From Callorhinchus milii (taxonomy: Eukaryota): a DNA stretch of 51,698 nt. Both the position numbers and the translations under genes were made by a program. The first letter of the stretch is position 1; each line of letters starts with the position of its first letter. The stretch covers positions 1-51,698 of the forward strand of contig NW_024705360.1 in assembly GCF_018977255.1 (NCBI RefSeq), read 5' to 3'. Shown in pieces: positions 26,326 to 37,625 of this stretch. The notes below the pieces were generated by a model. The model made no database searches. It was not told where the DNA came from and worked only from the letters and a program-made list of their open reading frames with translations.

Positions 26326-26837
26326 GGAGTATACCCAAATGCCGTAGTATACCCACAGGCCGTAGTATACCCACAGGTGTAGTATACCCGGGGTCTAAAC
26401 GGCCTAGGCGAGATTATAGCCGGGAATATTATTGGCTAGGCCAAATGATGCCCCTCTAGACCAAATCATACCCCCGTGATAGTAATGGCGTTAGAGCGAT
26501 ATACACGTGAATTACTAAATTTTTCCAACATTTTATTTTAAACTGTAAACACATCGACTTTGACTGCTTCAACCAGAAAAAAACTTTAATAATAACCCCT
26601 GAACCCTAAAAATGCTTCAATTGATCAAATTTAGATTCTTACTTCCACGCGTACGCGTTTTAGATATCGATTGAAGTTCGTTGTCGCCTGTTCTCTGTCT
26701 GGATAATTGCCTGTGAACTTTCACATGGGCATAGTCTGGCCAGGAGCGGTATGGTCTGGCCCAGTCGAGTTTAAACCCCCGGGGGGTCTAGTTTAGCCTT
26801 GGAGACTTCATCCCCCCCCCCCCCCCGGGTATACTCC
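26326..26837. mobile_element. Probable non-autonomous DNA transposon (MITE)
   Basis: Inverted GGAGTATACCC / GGGTATACTCC ends and subterminal GTAGTATACCC direct repeats. Confidence 0.45.
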
Positions 26838-27066
26838 AAATATACAGCAGCAGGCGTCGCCATGGTCTGGATCGAACCCACGACCTCCTGCGCACCAGGT
26901 GAGGTAGTCAACATCTCATAGCCACCGTGATGAGAGAAACACCGCAAACTCCAAGTATACAGCAGCAGGCATCATCAGGGTCGTGATGGAACTCACGACC
27001 TCCTGTACACCCGGCGAGGTAGTTAACATCTCCTAGCCACCGTGATGATGAGAGAGAGACACGCAA

Positions 27067-27124
27067 ACCGTGGAGGTGTGGGCCCGTCCAGAGGGCGGTC
27101 AACGCAGCCCCGCAGTCATCGCCG
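27067..27124 (+). CDS. PAPPA: Pappalysin, 3' remnant of exon 1 ([20 protein letters not shown])
   Basis: Matches the start of the pappalysin LamG-like domain ([10 protein letters not shown]); |gtgagc donor, phase 1, joins 36084. The 5' side abuts a SINE. Confidence 0.85.
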
Positions 27125-27167
27125 GTGAGCCGCGCTCCAACCCCCATCCACCACCACCACTTCGCTT

Positions 27168-27578
27168 CCACACGTACACACACACGTACACACACACGTA
27201 CACGTACACACACACGTACGTACACACACACACGCGTACACACACGTGCACACACACACGTGCAAACACACGTGCACACACACACGTGCAAACACACGTG
27301 CACACACACGTGCACACACACACGTGCAAACACACGTGCACACACACACACGTGTGTACACACACACACGTACACACACGTGCACACACACGCGCGTGTG
27401 TACACACACGTACACACACACACACACGTGTGTACACACACGTACGTACACACACGTGTGTACACACACACGTGTGTACACACACACGTACGTACACACA
27501 CGTGTGTACACACGTACACACACGTGTGTGTACACACACACACGTGCACACACACACGTACACACACGCGCGTGCGCG
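27168..27578. repeat. Complex (CA)n/CACGTG/CGTACA alternating purine-pyrimidine tract
   Basis: Directly visible. Confidence 0.9.
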
Positions 27579-28107
27579 GGGGATTAGGCTCTCTTGGTGG
27601 GGTTCAAGTCTGAAAAAATTGCCGTGCGGCATGTCCCAAGCCCCGCGGTGGGAATAGGCTATTCCGTTTTCCCGTCCGTCAACTTTAAATTAGTTTAATT
27701 AGCGATTTCATGCCATTCTTATTTTAATCATTTACTTTTTGTTCGAGCTCGACCGTACCAAGTGACGCCAATTGCGTGGACCCTGCCAAGTGATACGCGT
27801 TTAACATGCAGGACACACACACATAACGCTGCGGATTTTTCTTCACAGTCTCATGTCCTCTTCACCCCCCCCCCCCAACGCAATGCGTCCAGTTTATACT
27901 ACAGAGTCCCTAGATAATAATACTAGAGTGCTTAGATACCATTATTCTTGCACGGGTGGGGGGATGGGTGTGGGGGTAGTGGCCCAGCCCCCAGCCTGCC
28001 AGCGTGCTGCCTCCCCTGCCTCGGCAATGTAGGCCAGGACGAGGGCTCCTCACGGGACTAGGCCTCACCAAGCCTATGTTAAGTACAAATTGCCTTGCTT
28101 CTGACGC

Positions 28108-28335
28108 TAACAACTCAGGTTCATTGTTTACTATTATTAAGCTAATTGGTTGCAACATATTACAATAATTACGTTTGTGTGCACATAAGAACTCTGGTTC
28201 ATTGTTTACTATTATTAAACTAATTGGTTGCCAGATATTACAATAATAATGTTTGTGTGCAGATAACAACTCAGGTTCATTGTTTACTATTATCAAACAT
28301 AAGTTGACAGATTTTACAATCATAATGTTTGCACA
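28108..28335. repeat. 78-bp tandem repeat, ~3 copies
   Basis: GGTTCATTGTTTACTATTAT recurs at 78-bp spacing. Confidence 0.85.
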
Positions 28336-28346
28336 AAACATATTTT

Positions 28347-29128
28347 TAAATCCTTTATATTAAGTTCGCATGCTTGCGTGCTTGCTTGCTTGCTTACGAC
28401 CGTGCAAATCTTTCGGTCGTTTTTTAACCCACTTCCCGTGATCCAATCGAGCTGACATTTTCCACACAGACTCGTTGTGCCAGACAATTAATGTTCGTGA
28501 AAAAAAATTCCCAAAATTTACACTTTTTAGGCAAAAAAATTATTTTACATATATTCAAATAGAACTCATTCTTGGCTTTGGCTGAACGTCACAGTATAAG
28601 AGCCCAGAGCGTAACCCCTCCACAGGCCGTGGCGGAGTAGCGCAGTTGGTAGCGCCCTTGCTTCCCATGCCAAAGGTCGCGGGATCGATCCCCGCGTCCT
28701 CCACAGGCGAATATATTTTTAAATCCTTTATATTAAGTTCGCTGCCACGCATATAAAGGATTTATAGTGAAAAACTTTGTTTTTACGGGTTATACTTCTT
28801 TAAATCCTTTATATTAAGTTCGCTTGCTTGCTGCTTGCTTGCTTACGACCGTGCAAATCTTTCGGTCGTTTTTTAACCCACTTCCCGTGATCCAATCGAG
28901 CTGACATTTTGCACACAGACTCGTTGTGCGTGACAATTAATTTTCGTGAATTTTTTCCAAAATGTTACACTTTTTAGGAAAAAATTATATGTAATTACCA
29001 ATTGCTTAATGGTGGCAAGCAATCATCTGACCCATAGGTGGCAGCCATCTCAAGCCAGAGGACGAGAGGACTCTAGCCGCCACGCATATAAAGGATTTAT
29101 AGTGAAAAACTTTGTTTTTACGGGTTAA
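28347..29128 (+). mobile_element. Tandem cluster of three HINE/Helentron-like elements (partial, ~78-bp minimal, near full-length)
   Basis: TAAATCCTTTATATTAAGTTCGC starts at ~28347, ~28720 and ~28801; the inverted ATATAAAGGATTTA plus 3' hairpin occurs at ~28750 and ~29086. Confidence 0.7.
28631..28703 (+). pseudogene. tRNA-like sequence: tRNA-Ala-type body with CCC in the anticodon position (pseudogene or SINE head)
   Basis: D-arm GCGC/GCGC, T-arm GCGGG-ATCGATC-CCCGC and 3' TCCTCCA as in vertebrate tRNA-Ala; two mismatches in the acceptor stem and a weak anticodon stem. Confidence 0.6.
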
Positions 29129-29871
29129 TTTTTTATTGGTTGGTTGCTAAATATTCCCTTTCTCAGCTGTGCTTTTATGACGCTGCGACCGGTGTTACTG
29201 CCAGTCTTTCATGTGGCCTGCTGCCTGCTGATTCATTAACGTCAGTGCACTGCCACTATTATCTACACTGCTAATTTTCCTTGTTACCATTATGAGTTTA
29301 TGCCAGTCTATAATCTGTTGCCTGCTTCTTTACCTCACTCAGTGTACTGCCAGCCTTTCATGTCGACTGTATTCTGCTTTTTCAGCTGCTGCCCGTATTG
29401 CCAGGTTATTATGTCGACTGTAGCAATGCTTATGTCATTGAGTCGGCGTACTGCCAGTCTATCATCTAGACTGTAGCCTGCTTCTCAACTTACCTGTGCG
29501 TACTGCTGCTCTTTAATTTACAATTATTTCTGCTTATTTCTTCTATGCATTTCTATTGTTTTGATTGCTCACCTCACGCTATTTACTCATACGTAGTACT
29601 GCGATACTGATAGCTGTGCCATCATCAGGGATTACTGTGCACGGCGATGTGTGTGTGAGTCCATGTGTGTGTGTGTGTTTGAGTCCATATGTGTGTGCGT
29701 GTAGGGCCTTGCGTGTGTTTAAGTCCGTGTGTGTCTGTCTTTTTCGAATGGACAATGCCCGATGTGTGTGTGTGTACGTCAAAGTGTTTGTGTGTGTACG
29801 TGTCAGTCCATTTGTGTGCGTATCAGTCGCTGTGTGTGTGTTAGTCCATGTGTGTGTGTTAGTCCATGTGT

Positions 29872-31250
29872 GTGCTTTATTGACCTGGTTAAGGCCTATG
29901 ATGCCCTCAGTAGGCCTGGGCTCTGGGTTGTTTTTCATGCTTTCCGAGTCCCTGACCCACTGCTCACGATCCTTAAGGACCTTCATGATGGTGAGCGGCC
30001 CCACATCATACTACGTGGCCGTGAGTCAGAGCCATTCCCTCTACACCTTGGGGTGCGACAGGGATGTCCTCTGGCTCCCACATTGTTTTACTTATATTTG
30101 GACCGCGCAGTTCGTGAAGCCTTCAATAGCTCTACCGAAAGAATTCCCATCTGGTACAGATACAATGGGAGGCTGATCGATGCCCGTGTGCGGTCAAGGG
30201 ATGGCTCCCTATTGGTCTAGCATGTTACGTATGCCATTGATCTGCTAATTGATACTCACTCAGAGGAGAAGTTGGACGCGCTGCTGCTGAACCTGGAGCT
30301 TGCTACTAAGAGGTGGAGCCTTACCATCAGCCCCACCAAAACTAAGCACCTGCCTGGCTATTTTGTACCATCGGACAATCCACCCCACAACTCTCAATTG
30401 CTGATGGGGCAGTTGTGGAGAGAGTTGAGAGTTTCCCATACCTGGCCAGTGTGTTCAAGACCGGTTCCGGTTTCACAGCAGAGGTCTCATTGGCTGTGTT
30501 ACACTGTGTGGAAGCTACCTGCTCTCTCGCTCCGCACGAAGCTTCAGGTCTTCTCGCCCACGGTCATTCCCTTCTCAATGCTTGCGAAACTTGGACCCCC
30601 CTAATGGAACATCTTCGCCGGTTAGAAACATTTAGTCTGGCCTGCCTACGATCCATCCTGGGTTTAACCAGGCTGGATTGTGTGATGAGCTCACAAATCT
30701 TTCACAGATCTGGACAAAGTCCCATGGGTGAGCTCCTACGGCAGGCAATGCTGCATTTGCTGGGCCATGTAGCCCACATGCCCAGCCACCGCATGCCTAA
30801 ACAGCTTTTGTTTGGCCGGATCGAGGGGGCTAAACGGGCGTGGCACAGGCTAGAGAAGAGATGGAATGATGTGCTACATGAGGATGTGGAGCTTAGTTGA
30901 CTTGTCGATGACTGATACCAGCGGTGTCAAGATCGGCCTCTGTGGAGGAGGCTCGTGAAGGACGCTACTGGGTAGTTGGAGACACTCGCCCTCCAAAAAC
31001 AACGGAGGGCGGAGGAGCGACTCTCAGAACAACGAGCGGAGCGCCGGGTGGATAAAGCACGGCAAGTTGGCACAGTAGAGGGCACAGGTGGTGCATCAGC
31101 CAGTCATCTCGGTCATCTCAGTCAGTCGACACGTGGCACCTGGGTCTGCCCCGTGACCTGCCAGGCCATGTGCCCTCAAGGCGCACATGGCCTGGCACAA
31201 GCATTGTCATGACGTCAACGCCACTTAGTGGCGAATGGCGGTTGTTGGTG
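29872..31250 (+). mobile_element. RTE-clade LINE, 5'-truncated, with degenerate RT
   Basis: FIDLVKAYDAL, GVRQGCPLAPTLF, YAID (for YADD), ACETWT and RMPKQLLFG motifs; stops and frameshifts; embedded in TG-rich repeats. Confidence 0.9.
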
Positions 31251-31790
31251 TGTATACGTACATGTGTGTGTGTGCGTAAGTCCATGTGTGCGTGTGTGGC
31301 TCTATGTGCGTGTGTAAGTCGATGTGTGTGCGTCGGTCCATGTGTGTGTGTGTGTAAGTCCATGTGTCTCTTAGTCGATGTGTGTGTAAGTCCATGTGTC
31401 TCTTAGTCGATGTGTCTTTGTAAGTCCATGTGTGTGTAGGTTAATGTGTGTGTTAGTCTATGTATGTGTGTGTGTGAGTCCATATGTGTGTGTAAGTCTA
31501 CGTGGGTGTGTGAGTCGATGTGTGTAACTTCATGTGTATGTGCCTAAAGTCGATGTCTGTCTGTGTGAGTCCATATGTGTGTGTGCGTGTTAGTCGATGT
31601 GTGTGCGTGGGTCCATGTGTGTGTCTCTTAGTCGATATGTGTGTGTGTAAGTCCATATGTGTGCTTGGGTCGATGTATGTGTGAGTCTACGTATGTGTGT
31701 GTGTGAGAGTCCATATGTGTGTCTGTGTAAGTCGATGTCTTTGTGTGTGTGGGTCAATATCTGTGTGTGTAGGTCGATGTGTGTGTCTGT
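31250..31790. repeat. Degenerate TG-rich satellite (AGTC(C/G)ATGTGTGTG), also at 29645-29872
   Basis: Directly visible. Confidence 0.85.
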
Positions 31791-32437
31791 CTTTTTCGCC
31801 CGGGCAACGCCGGGTACTTACTGCTAGTTATTCATAAGAAAGGTTTTTGAGTTATATTGCGTAAGTGTTGTGTCCTGTAACTAACCGCACGGAGACGTCT
31901 GCTGGAGGCAACGCGTTTATTATAACAACTCTGAACACTCTGTGACACTACTCTGTGACACTACTGTGACACTACTGTGACACACTACTCTGTTAACACG
32001 GAGGGGTACGACTCCTTCCACTCGATAGCCTAAGGGAGAGACAGCCTCCCTCCTAGCGTTCTCTACCCACTTCGGGCTACACTACACGCCGGTCCCTTGC
32101 GACGGCGGCTAAGGGAAGGCCGGACCAACCGACCCACCCAGGGTACGGGACTCGCCCTGGACCGCTACAACCGGCTTAACGAGAGCCACGGGTGAGCGTC
32201 CCCGGGTGCCGGTCGGGTCTTCAGATCATGAGATGTCTACGAGTTTGAGTTGGTGAGTACTGGTCCCGTCTTCAGATCTTTAGATGTCTTCGAGCTTGAG
32301 TTGGTGAGTACTGGTCCCGTCTTCAGATCTTGATGTCTTCGAGTTTGAGTTGGTGAGTACTCTTCTTGGTTCTTTCGGTAAAGTCACGTAGAAGGGAAGT
32401 AATAAAATAATAAAAATAAAACATAATAAAATAAAAT

Positions 32438-32490
32438 AATTCTCACGACGTTTCGGCTACAACGCAAGCAGCCATCTTCAGGTGAAGAAT
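32438..32490 (-). ncRNA. Minimal type-I hammerhead ribozyme in the Penelope 3' pLTR
   Basis: Reverse complement of the motif at 34752-34803. Confidence 0.8.
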
Positions 32491-33295
32491 GAGACACTGC
32501 CAAGCTAGGAGCTTATATATACGCTGGGTTGGAGGTGCAAGAAGAGCGCCTTAACAAAAAGAATGTGCATATCAAGAGGAATTTAGCATATTCATGGGAA
32601 ATGCGTAGGAGGTGGGCGGGGGGGTTTCAAAGTCATATTATGCCCATGCATTATGCAGGATTAGCAGCACCAAGGGAGGGTGCAGGGAGTAGCATTAACA
32701 AAGGAAAGGAATGTTAATAGTATGTAGCTGCAGTTACTAAACAACCACGTAGAAAACTAAAGTATAAACTACATAAAAAACTAAAGTATAAACTGCATAG
32801 CACCATCAGTATACTTACTATACTCTACAATAAGCTGAGTTACTAACAGCAAGTAATACATTACAATTCTACGTCGTTAAAATTATATAATATGCTTCCA
32901 TCTAAACTTTATTCTCTTACATCACACGAGCATACACCGTATTATATACTGCCATAGATAAACCCAACATTAAATTATATACTGTATTGCTATAAACCAC
33001 CCTATACCTTATACATTTTAATATAACACTATGTATTATTCTACCCACCCTAATGTGTATCACACTGATATATGTTAACTATACAATTACGATACTATAT
33101 ATTACTTGTACATTGTATTAAGCATATAAATGTTATACTATTTGGTATTATACACTGTACCATTAACCGTCGTGTCAATGGGTGAGACGTGGGAGGAAAA
33201 CTTGCAGCGGAGCAAAGAATCCATTCCCTGCGGAGAATACAATGCCAGTGAGTGGAACGCGGTCTGAAAGTCACCGTAAACGTGAACACAATCAG

Positions 33296-34500
33296 TTAAG
33301 ATCCGAAATGGTTTATTACGTCCTTCCAATGATTGCTAAGCCAGAATCCATCTTCTCGGTTAAAATTGTCTCTGTGTTTGTATATGTGGATCGCCTCATG
33401 AACGAATCTCTCATGATAGCCAGATGGCTTGCAGAGAACCTCTGTCTTGGAGAAGTCAATGTCATGTGAGCCCACTGAGTTGTAACAGTGATCTGCCACG
33501 GCTGAGGTGTTTGTCCTACCGTGTTTCAGGTCTGCTTTATGTTCACGGATGCGGTCCGAGACATGTCGTTTGGTTTCCCCAATGTAACTGCTACCACAGA
33601 GGCAACTTAGTTTGTAGACGCCAGGGTACTGTATGTCTGGAACCACATCTTTTACAGACGGGACCAGATCACGGATTTTATGTACTGTGTTGAATCGGAC
33701 CTGGATCTTGTGTTTAATCAGGATTTTGGAGATCTTTTTTGTGACCCCAGCAATGTAGGGTAAGGTGATGGTCTTGAAAGGCTCCTCAACAGGATCCTTC
33801 TTGATGGTTGGAGTGATGGCTTTGCGGATTGTGTAGTCGGAGTAACCATTAGCCTTAAGAGCTTGGCGTACGTGTTTGAGTTCACTGGCAATGTGTTCCT
33901 GGTCGGAGATGCATTGGGCTCTATGGTATAGAGTCTTGATGAGGGAATTCTTCTGGGATGGATGGTGGTGGGAATCCGGTTTTAGGTAAGCATCCGTATG
34001 GGTGGCTTTCCTGTAGACAGAGTGGCTCATTGAACCATCAGGTCTCCTTTGAATTAGGACATCCAAAAAGGGTAGCTTGCCATCGTTTTCGACTTCCATG
34101 GTGAATCTGATGGCTGGGTGTATGGAATTGATGTGGTCGAGAAATTGGTCTAGAGCAGGCCGGCCATGTGGCCAGATGACAAAAGTGTCGTCTACGTACC
34201 TCTTCCATAAGGTCGGGCGTAGAGTGGCAGTCTGGATGGCGTCAGTCTCAAATTTCTCCATGAAGATGTTGGCTACAACCGGAGATAGGGGGGAACCCAT
34301 TGGGGTGCCCTCAGTTTGCTTGTAGAAAGTTCCATTCCAGGTGAAGTATGTATTGGTTAAGCAGTGTCTCACCAGGGGGGTACCCCAGCATTCAGTCCTT
34401 GATGAACCAAGTCTTCAATGATTGCGATGGTGTCAGGTACAGGAACCTTGGTGAATAAGGAAACCACATCAAAACTGACAAGCAGGTCGTCTGGGGGCAG
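33296..34500 (-). CDS. Penelope-type reverse transcriptase (C-terminal part) + GIY-YIG endonuclease
   Basis: SFDVVSLFT (upstream of a frameshift near 34375), GTPMGSPLSP, RYVDD, LPFLDV, GVYKLSCLCGSSYIGET...RIREH and EAIHI...FNREDG. Confidence 0.93.
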
Positions 34501-34751
34501 GGCAGTAACTGCAGCTACATACTATTAACATTCCTTTCCTTTGTTAATGCTACTCCCTGCACCCTCCCTTGGTGCTGCTAATCCTGCATAATGCATGGGC
34601 ATAATATGACTTTGAAACCCCCCCGCCCACCTCCTACGCATTTTCCATGAATATGCTAAATTCCTCTTGATATGCACATTCTTTTTGTTAAGGCGCTCTT
34701 CTTGCACCTCCAACCCAGTGTATATATAAGCTCCTAGCTTGGCAGTGTCTC

Positions 34752-34803
34752 ATTCTTCACCTGAAGATGGCTGCTTGCGTTGTAGCCGAAACGTCGTGAG
34801 AAT
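34752..34803 (+). ncRNA. Minimal type-I hammerhead ribozyme
   Basis: Stem I AUUCUUCAC/GUGAGAAU, core CUGAAGA, stem II GGCUGC/GUAGCC, then GAAAC-GUC with loop-less palindromic ACGU stem III; a TATATAA box lies ~30 nt upstream. Confidence 0.8.
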
Positions 34804-35439
34804 TATTTTATTTTATTATGTTTTATTTTTATTATTTTATTACTTCCCTTCTACGTGACTTTACCGAAAGAACCAAGAAGATGAATCCCTGCAGTCACGA
34901 AAGCTTTAAATCGAAATTTGGTGAGTGCTGGTCCCGTCTTCAGATCATGAGATGTCTACGAGCTTGAGTTGGTGAGTACTGGTCCCGTCTTCAGATCTTG
35001 AGATGTCTTCGAGCTTGAGTTGGTGAGTACTGGTCCAGTCTTCAGATCATGAGATGTCTACGAGCTTGAGTTGGTGAGTACTGGTCCCGTCTTCAGATCA
35101 TGAGATGTCTACGAGCTTGAGTTGGTGAGTACTGGTCCCATCTTCAGATCTTGAGATGTCTTCGAGCTTGAGTTGGTGAGTACTGGTCCAGTCTTCAGAT
35201 CTTGAGATGTCTTCGAGCTTGAGTTGGTGAGTACTGGTCCCATCTTCAGATCTTGAGATGTCTTCGAGCTTGAGTTGGTGAGTACGGCCTCGATCGTCTG
35301 GGGTGCACGCACCCCCAGGGGATTGCTTTTCTGGAGGTGCGAGACACGAGAAGCGCACTTTTATTGGAAGGTCAAACACACATTAAGCACGTGCATGCAA
35401 GTACAAGAACTTTGTTTCATCAAAGTTGTTGATAGTATG

Positions 35440-35852
35440 CAGCTCCATACTATTAACATTCCTTCCCTTTATTAATGCTAACCCTACTCCCTCCCTTTGA
35501 TGCTGCTAATCCTGCATAATGCACGGGCATAATATGACTTTGAACCCCTCCCACCTCCTACGCATTCCACAAGAAGTGACTAATCCCATATCTGCATTTT
35601 CCATAAATATTCTAAATTCCTCTTGATATGCAAATTCCTTTGTCAAGGCGCTCTTCCCCCTCCAACCCAGCTTAAATAGTCGCTCCAAGCATGGTGGTGC
35701 TCATTCAGACGCTGTCTTTCCGACAGACCTGTTCTTCACCTGAGGACGGCTGCTTGCGTTGTGGCCGAAACGTCGTGAGAATTGTATTTTGTTATGTTTT
35801 ATTATTTCCCTTCTACGTGACTTTACCGAAAGAACCAAGAAGATGAAACCCT
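35440..35852 (+). mobile_element. Solo Penelope pLTR (related subfamily)
   Basis: Colinear with 34518-34890. Confidence 0.8.
35731..35783 (+). ncRNA. Minimal type-I hammerhead ribozyme (CUGAGGA core)
   Basis: UUCUUCAC-CUGAGGA-C-GGCUGC-UUGCGUU-GUGGCC-GAAAC-GUC-GUGAGAA. Confidence 0.78.
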
Positions 35853-36083
35853 GTTTATTAATAATATGCATTTTTTTATGATTTGAGAACCAATGGGGGT
35901 GCAAGGCTGCAGTGAAGGTGAAGAACCGCTGCCCCACGGGGAGACCAGACCGCACCGCTGGAAGCGTCTGCCATCGCTTCACGAAGGCGGCGACACCAAC
36001 CTCGCAAACCGACGCTCGCGCGCACGTTCTAGCGGTCCGCCGCGCCGGCTCGCTCACGGCACCCGGCGTCGTTGTGTCCGCAG

Positions 36084-36903
36084 GCCTCTTCGACGACTGC
36101 CTCTACGGCCGGCACGACAAGGGATGGTCGCTCGGCATCGTCCACGCGAAACCCTGCCGGGACGCGCCCCGGCGGCGCCGCCGCGGACGCCCGCGCCCCG
36201 ACCCGCTCGCGCTTCTACTTCTCCTTGAGCGCCGACAACTCGCGCTCGGCCACGACGCTCGCATCGCCCCGGCGCTACGTCCCTGACGAGTGGACCCACC
36301 TGGCCGCCACCTACGACGGCCGGCGGCTCGACCTCTTCGTGAACGGCGCGTGGGTGGCCGGGTCTCGCGTGCCGGGCCGCGCGGGGCCGCTCTTCGCCCC
36401 AGGGGTGGCCGTCTGCAAGACGCTGGTGGCGGGTGGCGACAACGCGCGGGGCGGGCGCGCCTACCGTGGCCTCCTGAGCGGCCTGCGGCTCTGGCGGCGG
36501 GCGCTCGGCTCCGGCGAGATCCGCGCGTGGGCCGAGCGAGGGGTCCGCTCCAGCGGCGACGGCGACGCGCCCGCGGCGGAAGTCGCGGGCGGCGACGACT
36601 TCGGCGAGCTCGAGGACGGCGGCTGGTCGACGGTCGAGGGGGCACCTACCCCAGCGTCCGGTCGGTGCGGGCGAGCGGCGCGGGGACGGCGGCCGAGCCG
36701 GTGCCGGTCCCGCCGCCGTGCGGGCGGACGGCGTGCGACGACGTGCGCGTCGTCTCCAGCTACGACGGCCACTGGCCGCTGCGCGAGCCCAAGGTGGCGC
36801 GCTACCGCCTGGTCAACGTCTACGGGGCCCCCGGCGAAAACCCGACGGTCAGCCGCGAGCAGGTCGAGGAGCAGCACCGCGTGCTCAACCAGGCCTTCCA
36901 AAG
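36084..36903 (+). CDS. PAPPA: Pappalysin exon (LamG-like domain and start of the proteolytic domain), two frameshifts
   Basis: cgcag|...|gtgggg; GLFDDC..DKGWSLGI, RFYFSL, WTHLAATYDG, PPPCGRTACD and PTVSREQV motifs spread over three frames. Confidence 0.88.
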
Positions 36904-36979
36904 GTGGGGGCGGGCGGCCCGCGTGTGTGGGGGTACCCCCTCACGTGCGTGTGTGTACGTGCGTGTACGTGCGTGTGAC

Positions 36980-37290
36980 CGTGGGGAGCGGCGGTGTAGC
37001 GGTTAGCGCTACTCTGCGCTATGAACCCGGCGACCCGAGTTCGATTCCCGCTCACGGCCACCGCCAGTGACGATTATTTTAATCGCTCCTGGGCCTCCCC
37101 TAGGTCGACTCAGCCTCAAATGAGTACCTGGCGTGGTGTGTAAACATTGCCACTGGGGAGACAAAGGCGGCCGTGCGTGGTGCTGGCCACCCCCCCCTCG
37201 TGTGCAGTGCCAGCCTTCATAGGTGCTGCTCGCTAACAGCACTTGCACCAACAGCCTGTGAAGGCTATGCAGGGGATCTTTGTCTTGTGT
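36980..37290 (+). mobile_element. tRNA-derived SINE (second family)
   Basis: A-box GGTGTAGCGG, B-box GAGTTCGATTCCC and AAATGAGTACCT core; 3' part also at ~5075-5195 and ~46065-46210. Confidence 0.75.
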
Positions 37291-37625
37291 GTGTGGAGCA
37301 AATTCCTGCACCATCCGACATCTCTCAAACTAATTAAATTGTCACAGGTGTGTACAAGTGCCTGACGTGGCAATGATTGTTGTTTCATTATTTTTGTGAT
37401 CGCTGTCAGAATTGTTCTTCAATTTTACCAGTGAGCCGAAACAACGTCAAGAGCTTGTACACCACGTGACCACTAAATTTGTCGGACGGAGGAGAGTTTC
37501 TCGACAGAACATTTGGCCACATAATCTACGTGGCCCAACCCCAAAACAATCTATCGTGTACCGGTAATGCTGACGTTTGTTTGTGCCGCACGACCACCAC
37601 CTGACTTCTGTGAACCCGCGCGCAG

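Larger units (their letters stand above)
32361..34917 (-). mobile_element. Penelope-like retroelement, 5'-truncated, with inverted pseudo-LTRs
   Basis: RT-GIY-YIG ORF flanked by ~378-bp near-identical inverted repeats (32361-32738 / 34504-34881); TTGGTGAGT(A/G)CT on both sides. Confidence 0.93.
32214..35286. repeat. 51-bp tandem array (GAGCTTGAGTTGGTGAGTACTGGTCCCGTCTTCAGATCTTGAGATGTCTTC), ~3 copies left and ~7 copies right of the Penelope insertion
   Basis: Copies at 32214-32361 and 34918-35286. Confidence 0.9.

Noticed and set aside
26908..27657. Cys/Val- and His/Thr-rich ORFs (also at 5000-6500 and 44500-44870)
   Set aside because: Translations of (TG)/(CA) repeats; only 27067-27124 is genuine coding sequence.
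27600..27660. GTCCCAAGCCC resembling the twister ribozyme L4 loop
   Set aside because: No convincing P1/P2 stems or UAA cleavage loop could be built around it.
32529..32717. 62-aa ORF repeated at 34525-34713
   Set aside because: Lies antisense within the inverted pLTRs, starts at TTG and shows no protein features.
35893..37070. Overlapping Arg/Gly-rich ORFs on both strands
   Set aside because: Shadow frames of the GC-rich pappalysin exon.
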